A stretch of DNA of 12,725 nucleotides, from positions 1 through 12,725 of the IMG/VR virus record IMGVR_UViG_3300033159_000018; one strand, written 5' to 3'. The position numbers were made by a program, and so were the translations under genes. The notes under the pieces were generated by a model. The model saw nothing but the letters and a program-made list of their open reading frames with translations, was not told where the DNA came from and ran no database searches. This document shows positions 7,114-12,725 of this stretch, in pieces (position 1 is the first letter of the stretch; every line of letters starts with the position of its first letter).

Positions 7114-7695
7114 CTACCTCGGCTTTGCGAAAAAATCCAGGATACTGCTTTGCCTGCCGTGGGACTTACTTACCAGTTGCTGTATTTCTTTCAGTTTCCT
7201 CCTTATGTAATTGACGTCCTTTAACTGCTGAAATCTGCCGAGTAACATCAAAGTAACGTCTCCGTAGTCGAAAGAATAGAATAAGGCTTCTTTCAGCTCG
7301 TGCCTAGTAGAAATGCCAAGATACCAGTGCTGGTATTTAGACGCTTTAATGAAATCATGGATTGTATAGTCTCTGTACTTCGGATCAGACGCGTATCCTG
7401 CAATCACTTTATAGTTATTTTCCCTCAGCTTGTCGGCAATTTCTAGCTGGCTCAGGGTATGAATAGGGACAACGTAAGCTATGTTCTTTGGGACTGGAAG
7501 AACGTAATTAATATTGTCTGGGTATAACGCTACCTCTATCTTGTTTCTGTTAAACCAGAGTTCCCTCAAGTATTTCTTATAATTTCTCTCTATAAGCAAC
7601 GCCTTTTTGTTGTCAAAAAACCTGGGGTATATTATATAGCCAGTGACGTCTTGAAGCTTCTGAATTAGAGGGTTATAGCCTAATGCTAGAATCAT
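7114..7695 (-). CDS. Protein of about 193 aa with a C-terminal PIP box; possible divergent TGT/DpdA-like barrel
   Basis: The true start is likely the ATG at 7695 (SD GGGGG, TATA TTTAAATA at 7735-7728). The C-terminus QSSILDFF matches the PCNA-interaction consensus QxxIxxFF. Confidence 0.65.
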   Translation of the reverse strand: MILALGYNPLIQKLQDVTGYIIYPRFFDNKKALLIERNYKKYLRELWFNRNKIEVALYPDNINYVLPVPKNIAYVVPIHTLSQLEIADKLRENNYKVIAGYASDPKYRDYTIHDFIKASKYQHWYLGISTRHELKEALFYSFDYGDVTLMLLGRFQQLKDVNYIRRKLKEIQQLVSKSHGRQSSILDFFAKPR

Positions 7696-7783
7696 TTTAA
7701 CCCCCATTAGTACCCTGGGCATGAAGTTATTTAAATTTCTAACGAGTTGTGCAGAACTGCGACGGGTGGGTGAGTCGAACAAA

Positions 7784-7805
7784 CCCTCAAACAGCTGTTT
7801 GAGGG
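7784..7805. promoter_or_regulatory. Palindromic operator CCCTCAAACAGCTGTTTGAGGG
   Basis: 22-bp perfect palindrome about 63 bp upstream of the TATA of the 7695 gene. Confidence 0.8.
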
Positions 7806-7899
7806 AAAAATGCCGTTCGACCAACCCCAGCGTGCTGAGCCAGCCTGCACGGGGAAAGGGTATAAAACAAACCGTTCTTTCTCTTCATAAAAAATAAAA

Positions 7900-8196
7900 T
7901 CATACCTTCGCTTCTAGATTGACTATAATGAAGTCCTTGTCGAGTGTCAATATCCAGCCGTAGTCCTTCATTTTCCTCAGGATGTTGTAAGCTTCCAGGG
8001 CGTCGCATTCCATAAAAGCGGAGGCAAGCTTGATCAACCTCTCCCTGTCAATGCTTAGGACTCCGTGTCTGCACTCTGTTATGCTGACAAGGAACCTGTG
8101 AAACTCGACGGCTTTCCTGTACTCGTCTTCAGTCATAGCCGTCGCTAGACCGTCAATATAACTGTTGGTTTTTGAAATTCTTTTCGTACTTTTCAT
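7900..8196 (-). CDS. Probable winged-helix DNA-binding protein (98 aa)
   Basis: The helix-turn-helix and wing pattern RERLIKLASAFMECDALEAYNILRKMKDYGWILTLDKDFIIV. Leaderless start after TTAATAAA. Confidence 0.6.
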   Translation of the reverse strand: MKSTKRISKTNSYIDGLATAMTEDEYRKAVEFHRFLVSITECRHGVLSIDRERLIKLASAFMECDALEAYNILRKMKDYGWILTLDKDFIIVNLEAKV

Positions 8197-8834
8197 AACT
8201 TGAATATAACCACTTATGGTTTATTAACTTTACCGTGTTTCTCTCAATAGACCATGAAGTTATTGAAAAAGTAACAACTCGGTGAAATTAACCCCTATAT
8301 AATATTAAACAAAAAATAAAAGGGAATAAACCCAGGGCTATAGCAAGTGTGCTACAAGGGCTACAAGGCTTACTAGGGGGCTTACTGGGGGCTTTTACAG
8401 TACGCTACACTAGTAGCTCCTTATATTATATTATATTTAGTTTTTAGATAGAGATACTTTACAGTATACTAGACACGTGCAACGACTGCCCTGTTTCTGT
8501 TCACGCCGTCAATTTCTACCCTTACACTAAAAATTTCTCTTCATAAAGTACGTCGTTTTAGGAAAAATTTCTGTTCATCACATTAATAATTGTAATTTAT
8601 TTCTGTTCATGTCTTCCCAGGATTTCCATCCTTATAAAGAAATAAAATGAAAACAGTGCTGGTCTAGACATTAATTTTGTAATAACTCCCAGCTTTACGA
8701 GGAGAAATTGTAAAGAATTTTTGGTAATGCAGAAGAAAGTTTTTGAAATTAAACCTGAGACTTACGTTCTTTGAATTTTTATTACTAAAATGAGAAAAAA
8801 AGTTGATAAAGTTAGGCGTCGGGATTAACGCTTT
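8197..8834. other. Long AT-rich non-coding region with short repeats; candidate replication origin
   Basis: About 640 bp with no ORF. It contains tandem GCTACAAGG x2 (8351-8368), CTTACT(A)GGGGG x2 (8369-8391), and TTTCT(G/C)TTCA x4 at 8494, 8534, 8568 and 8600. Confidence 0.45.
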
Positions 8835-9527
8835 TTAACGTTCGGGGAACTTGGGCTTCAACGCCCAAGCCTCAAGAATGTGGGTAGGGATATTGAAGCC
8901 CAACCCCTCAATGATGGTCTTCAAAAAGTTAAATATCCTGTCAAACTTGAATGTGAATTTTGTTATTTCAACTAATTTTTGTAGCCTGAAAATTATCTTG
9001 GTATATATCCATTGCTTTACAGAATCCAGCGTCGTAAACGCTTCTACCTTATGTTTCTTTAATATCTCCTTAGCCCCTGGACTGAATGAAAAAGCCACGA
9101 TACCAGGGAAAACATGATACCCTTTGGCTCGCAGTTTATTTACTATTTTATAGATCTGGTTGAGTTTCCACGGCAACTGAGATGGCACGATTGGCTTAGA
9201 AGTTTGGAACGAGAAATAGATAACGAAAGCAGTTTTCCTCTGCTTCTTAGTCCATTCACTAGTCCATGGATCTTCCAACAGAAGCACAAGTATTTTTCCT
9301 CCATATCCATCTTCATGAACTTCAATAGATCCCCTTTCTTCTTTGATTCGTGTTTTCGCCCACCGTGGCAAATTTATCAGATCTATTACGTCCTTAATAC
9401 CGAGCAATTGTTTCCTTAAACTGCCAAAGATCTTTATGACTTGTCCCTTTATCTCGTATAAAGAAAGAGATTGAGAGAAAAGTTTATTAGCAGAAGAAGA
9501 TACATTATTTATTGACCTAAACGCCAT
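8835..9527 (-). CDS. Hypothetical protein (230 aa), possible degenerate restriction-endonuclease (Mrr-like) fold
   Basis: Long ORF with a GGTGGGGG SD-like site. The segment GIVAFSFSPGAKEILKKHKVEAF resembles the Mrr-type C-terminal motif, but no clear catalytic (D/E)xK is visible. Confidence 0.6.
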   Translation of the reverse strand: MAFRSINNVSSSANKLFSQSLSLYEIKGQVIKIFGSLRKQLLGIKDVIDLINLPRWAKTRIKEERGSIEVHEDGYGGKILVLLLEDPWTSEWTKKQRKTAFVIYFSFQTSKPIVPSQLPWKLNQIYKIVNKLRAKGYHVFPGIVAFSFSPGAKEILKKHKVEAFTTLDSVKQWIYTKIIFRLQKLVEITKFTFKFDRIFNFLKTIIEGLGFNIPTHILEAWALKPKFPER

Positions 9528-9660
9528 TTTTCTTCTCTTCCCCCCACCCTTAAATTATAATAAATTCTTCCTTATATATTATTCTCCCCTTTCTTTCCTT
9601 GCTTTACGCCCGCTTTCTCACCACTGTGAGGCTTCCCGCTCTTGACTCACTTTCCTTCTC

Positions 9661-9672
9661 AAACAGCTGTTT
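9661..9672. promoter_or_regulatory. Palindromic operator AAACAGCTGTTT
   Basis: Lies in the divergent intergenic region, about 68 bp upstream of CTTAAAAG (9731-9738) of the RHH gene. Confidence 0.75.
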
Positions 9673-9772
9673 TAACAAATAGTCCTCTCCTTTCTCGCCA
9701 ACAGTCCCTCCTAACTTGTTAGCCATAAAGCTTAAAAGACTAGTTTGGTAATACATAAACTGGGGGTAAAAA

Positions 9773-10096
9773 ATGAAAATAAAATTGAACCCCGAGATGA
9801 GTGTCGTAACCTTTAAGTTAGAGGAGGATCTACTCCAAAAACTCGATTTATATGCTATGAAGTCAGGGTTAACTAGAAGCGATGTGATTAGAGAAGCACT
9901 GGAATCCTATGATTGGGGGAATAAGAAGAAAATAATGCCAATTCGTATTCGTACGATAACAGTTAAACTGGAGGGGGAGTTATTGCAAAAGCTCGATTTA
10001 TACGCTGTGAATGCAAGGGTAACTAGAAGTCAGGTAATTAGAGAAGCTCTCAAACATTATCTATCCTCATTTGATGGTGAGGGCGGTGAGCAATGA
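9773..10096 (+). CDS. Tandem ribbon-helix-helix transcription factor, aCcr1/CdrS-like
   Basis: Two RHH units: [33 protein letters not shown] and [33 protein letters not shown]. The duplication is also visible at the DNA level. Confidence 0.88.
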   Translation: MKIKLNPEMSVVTFKLEEDLLQKLDLYAMKSGLTRSDVIREALESYDWGNKKKIMPIRIRTITVKLEGELLQKLDLYAVNARVTRSQVIREALKHYLSSFDGEGGEQ

Positions 10097-10344
10097 GAGT
10101 ACCAATTGAAGTACATCATCATGACCTAGAAGAGTACTGCTATTATGATGAACATGAAAGGGCTGTAATATGCGACGACTACCACGCCGAATATGAATAC
10201 TCAATAGACGAAGTAGAGTTCGAGTACACTGACTTGGAAGACATAGTTAATGAGTATTTCGACGACATTATCGACATCATAACTGACAACAAACGTTACA
10301 GAGAGAAATTACTTAAGAAGCTCGAAAAAAGCTCAAAACATTAA
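10093..10344 (+). CDS. Small, highly acidic His/Cys-containing protein (83 aa)
   Basis: ATGA overlap with the RHH gene and SD GGTGA. Confidence 0.78.
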   Translation: MRVPIEVHHHDLEEYCYYDEHERAVICDDYHAEYEYSIDEVEFEYTDLEDIVNEYFDDIIDIITDNKRYREKLLKKLEKSSKH

Positions 10345-10622
10345 GCATTACGAGTTTTTCCCATTTCTTCTCTTCTTTTTAAAAGCTGTATTACTTTTTT
10401 GAAATCTAATTCTCTCTTTTCCTTACTCATCTGCTTTATGATTTCCATTGCTCTCCTAAGTACCCTGTTTTGCCTCTTTAACTTTCTATTTTCATTTCTC
10501 AACCTTTTATTCTCTTTCTGCAATTTCTCTAATTTTCGTTCTAGGGTACTGATAGTATTAATAGCTTTAGCGTACTCGAGCCGTAATTCCTCATTTTCCT
10601 TAATTATTTCATCTTTTGTCAT
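10341..10622 (-). CDS. Coiled-coil protein (about 93 aa)
   Basis: Heptad-rich segment LERKLEKLQKENKRLRNENRKLKRQN. The likely start is the ATG at 10622, about 30 nt after TTTTTAAA. Its stop shares TTAA with the convergent gene. Confidence 0.7.
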   Translation of the reverse strand: MTKDEIIKENEELRLEYAKAINTISTLERKLEKLQKENKRLRNENRKLKRQNRVLRRAMEIIKQMSKEKRELDFKKVIQLLKRREEMGKTRNA

Positions 10623-10771
10623 AAGAGTCCAGCTCAAACTTGGAACAAAAGGTTTAAAAATGGTGTAAAGAAGGTTTATAGAAGTTTTATGGGGCTTATT
10701 CAATTTTTTTCCTCACCCTTCGCGGTTCTCGAGGAAGCTAACCGAGACGTCACGCGATCCGCGACAAAATG

Positions 10772-10788
10772 TTTTTAAACAGCTGTTT
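10772..10788 (+). promoter_or_regulatory. TATA box fused to the palindromic operator
   Basis: TTTTTAAACAGCTGTTT upstream of 10813. Confidence 0.75.
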
Positions 10789-10812
10789 GAGAATATAAAA
10801 TGAGGGGCAAAA

Positions 10813-11127
10813 ATGGCTCAGGAATGGGATGAAGATGAAGAAAATTATAGACAGGAAATGGAAAAGGTAATCGACCTTCTGGAGGAATGTAATATCGATT
10901 TTAAGGTCGAAGGCGATAAGATACTCATAAAGGGTGATGTTGAGTACGCAGAGATCTTCTCTCTGCCAGCAATAACAATCGTGCAGGGAGATAACCTGAT
11001 AGGTTTCGACAAGTTGTGGGGCTTTAACAAAATCACAGTCAACACCCCTACTGGCGTAAAAGAGGTTGAACTACCCCAAGGAGTATATGCGAATTATCAG
11101 TACCCATATCTTATTATCCACTTCTAA
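10813..11127 (+). CDS. Small acidic hypothetical protein (104 aa)
   Basis: SD GAGGGG. The TATA TTTTTAAA (10772-10779) overlaps the palindrome. Confidence 0.78.
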   Translation: MAQEWDEDEENYRQEMEKVIDLLEECNIDFKVEGDKILIKGDVEYAEIFSLPAITIVQGDNLIGFDKLWGFNKITVNTPTGVKEVELPQGVYANYQYPYLIIHF

Positions 11128-11211
11128 TCGGTTTTCCCCGAACTAAATCTACCTCGGTTCTTAACCCTCATTAGTTAGGGAGCGATATTACGCAGTCCAT
11201 AATACTAAATA

Positions 11212-11228
11212 TTTATAAACAGCTGTTT
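11212..11228 (+). promoter_or_regulatory. TATA box fused to the palindromic operator
   Basis: TTTATAAACAGCTGTTT upstream of the TFB-like gene. Confidence 0.75.
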
Positions 11229-11244
11229 GTGAATGAGAATCAGT

Positions 11245-12132
11245 ATGACAGAATCAATCGTTCAAACTCAAATCTATCAAGCACAAGACGCTGAATGCAT
11301 GGAGCTAGTTTCAGACGGCATATATACTATTTGTGCGGAAACAGGGGAAGTTATTGGGTACGACTATGAGACATTTTTTGTAACTAACTCAGAAGGCATA
11401 GATAAGAAATCTGGTTCCAAATCCGACAGGGTTTTTTCTCACTATCGCCCGCACAACGTCCTTTTACCTAATGCGGGGATCGGAACTATCCCTGCAGGGT
11501 TCGGCAGAAACCTAAGGACTTACGCCTTCGCACATAGACTATCTAAATTAATTACCGATTCTGCACAAAAAGCCGTCTTCATGCGTGTAGCACAAAAAAT
11601 CGCTCACAAGAAAATTAAGCATAAACTCTACATAATCGGTGCTTTTGCCATTCGTTATTGCTCCGTCGATTTTGACCAAGTCTTACAGCTCTTGCTCAAC
11701 TTCTCTGAGCAAGACGAGGAGACCGTAAGAAAGAGGCTTTCCCGTACCATAGAAACTCTGAGTTTTATTCTTAATCATAAGAAGGTGGGTTTGGCAGACA
11801 TAGAACTGCAGACGCGTAAACAGTTTCTCCAAGAATTCACGTACGACCTTCTTAGCAAGTACGGGTATACTAAGTACGCAGACAAATTCCTAAAACTCTA
11901 CCATCCCAGCCTGGTCAAAATAGCAGTAATATTATTGCTTCTAAAGGACAACCGTAAGGAGGAGGCAAAACAGTTGTATGAGTCTCCACCGAAATTCAAG
12001 ACGGGGTTTAAGCACTTTATTGTTGACTATGAAATTAACGGGCAAAGATATGTCAAAAGACTAAAGCATAGTCGCTTAAGATCTCTAGTATTTGGTGACT
12101 CACGCGTGTATAGCTTCAGGATAACCCTGTAG
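11245..12132 (+). CDS. Divergent transcription factor B (TFB/TFIIB)-like protein
   Basis: The N-terminal C-x-ICAETGEVI matches the Sulfolobales TFB ribbon (ICSETGEVL, recalled). It is followed by SDRV...PHN...AGIGT, resembling the B-reader/linker, and a helical C-terminal region. The ATG at 11245 fits a leaderless start after TTTATAAA (11212-11219). Confidence 0.6.
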   Translation: MTESIVQTQIYQAQDAECMELVSDGIYTICAETGEVIGYDYETFFVTNSEGIDKKSGSKSDRVFSHYRPHNVLLPNAGIGTIPAGFGRNLRTYAFAHRLSKLITDSAQKAVFMRVAQKIAHKKIKHKLYIIGAFAIRYCSVDFDQVLQLLLNFSEQDEETVRKRLSRTIETLSFILNHKKVGLADIELQTRKQFLQEFTYDLLSKYGYTKYADKFLKLYHPSLVKIAVILLLLKDNRKEEAKQLYESPPKFKTGFKHFIVDYEINGQRYVKRLKHSRLRSLVFGDSRVYSFRITL

Positions 12133-12620
12133 TAATGCGGTGAGGCATGATATGTTCCCATTTCCAGCTTCTCTTTATAAAAATATCTTTTTCTCTATCT
12201 ATCTTTAGTATAATAGGTTAGTTCACAGCCCTTCTCAATTATATCACTTATCGTAACCACGTTATGACGTGTTGAAAATTTCTCTCAACCATATGTTTGG
12301 CTAATCTAAACGAAAAATTTTGAGAATTTGGCATGCAACGGAGCAAAACATCACAAGTAAAATATTGTATAGGAAATCTTTTCCAACTGAAAAATATTAT
12401 TATTAGCCATATCACAGAACAAAACAGAGTAGACAAACTATCACTATTGGTATAAAAACCGCTTCCGTAAATATCTGCATAGGCAAACTATCACTATAAA
12501 TATATATAAGAAGCACAGAACAGAACAAAACAACGAAAATAATACTACTGTTACAACATTTCTACCTAGTATAAAAAGGAACTCAATAAAGTATATACTG
12601 GAGAAATTATCTTGGGGGGA

Positions 12621-12725
12621 CTGACTTCCTCCCCGCCCTGGAAGGGTCGAGGGTTCCCTCCCAGGGGGCTCATCGTTCCCACCATCGGTTCGGGTTTACA
12701 TCCCTCATCTGGTGGGCAGTCGAGT
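12621..12725 (-). mobile_element. Right end of an IS200/IS605-family (tnpB) element, including the omega/reRNA scaffold region
   Basis: The minus strand reads ...GGGAACCCTCGACCCTTCCAGGGCGGGGAGGAAGTCAG. This is the typical subterminal hairpin and TCAG end of Sulfolobales IS605/IS1341-type elements, and GC content rises abruptly here. Confidence 0.8.
12670..12725 (-). CDS. tnpB: C-terminal fragment of the TnpB RNA-guided endonuclease, truncated by the window edge
   Basis: Reads STAHQMRDVNPNRWWER*, a tail characteristic of Sulfolobales TnpB, directly before the right-end hairpin. Confidence 0.7.
   Translation of the reverse strand, partial: STAHQMRDVNPNRWWER

Noticed and set aside
6319-7224. 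ORFs 6319-6516, 6442-6660, 6606-6809, 6846-7034 and 7003-7224
   Set aside because: They overlap real genes or run through promoters, operators and CRISPR-like repeats. The shared FSLKQLFEG peptide in 6606-6809 and 7114-7824 is simply the translated palindrome.
5431-7805. Reading the AAACAGCTGTTT copies as a CRISPR array or transposon ends
   Set aside because: Spacing is irregular and gene-scale, there are no uniform spacers or target-site duplications, and the positions track promoters.
7696-8008. N-terminal extension of the 236-aa ORF and the ORF 7787-8008
   Set aside because: They span the TATA box and operator. The SD and promoter support a start at 7695.
8851-9419. ORFs 8851-9117, 9114-9419 and 9143-9325
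   Set aside because: They are shadow or nested frames of the 230-aa gene.
10399-12436. ORFs 10399-10668, 10845-11045 and 12248-12436
   Set aside because: The first two are antisense shadows; the hydrophobicity of 10399-10668 mirrors the K/E-rich coiled coil. The last has a non-ATG start and no supporting signals.

Overview
This AT-rich, gene-dense window has archaeal BRE/TATA promoters, GGGG/GGTGA Shine-Dalgarno sites and many leaderless genes. Gene content points to a Sulfolobales virus or provirus, most likely a bicaudavirus (ATV/SMV-like); this assignment is inferred, not database-confirmed. It encodes an FkbM-type methyltransferase, a family-3 acyltransferase, a P-loop ATPase, a tandem aCcr1/CdrS-like RHH protein, a TFB-like protein and the right end of an IS200/IS605 tnpB element. 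The most interesting part is 4.2-7.8 kb, a candidate anti-defence or early-gene island of small genes, most with their own promoter. It contains a promoter-driven mini-CRISPR-like unit (two Sulfolobales-type repeats, one 45-nt spacer, an inverted anti-repeat and a T-tract) with no cas genes in the window. That unit lies next to a Csx16/Csx20-like candidate ring nuclease and a PIP-box protein. The 12-bp palindrome AAACAGCTGTTT occurs 8 times perfectly plus variants, mostly at fixed positions relative to TATA boxes, suggesting a viral regulon.
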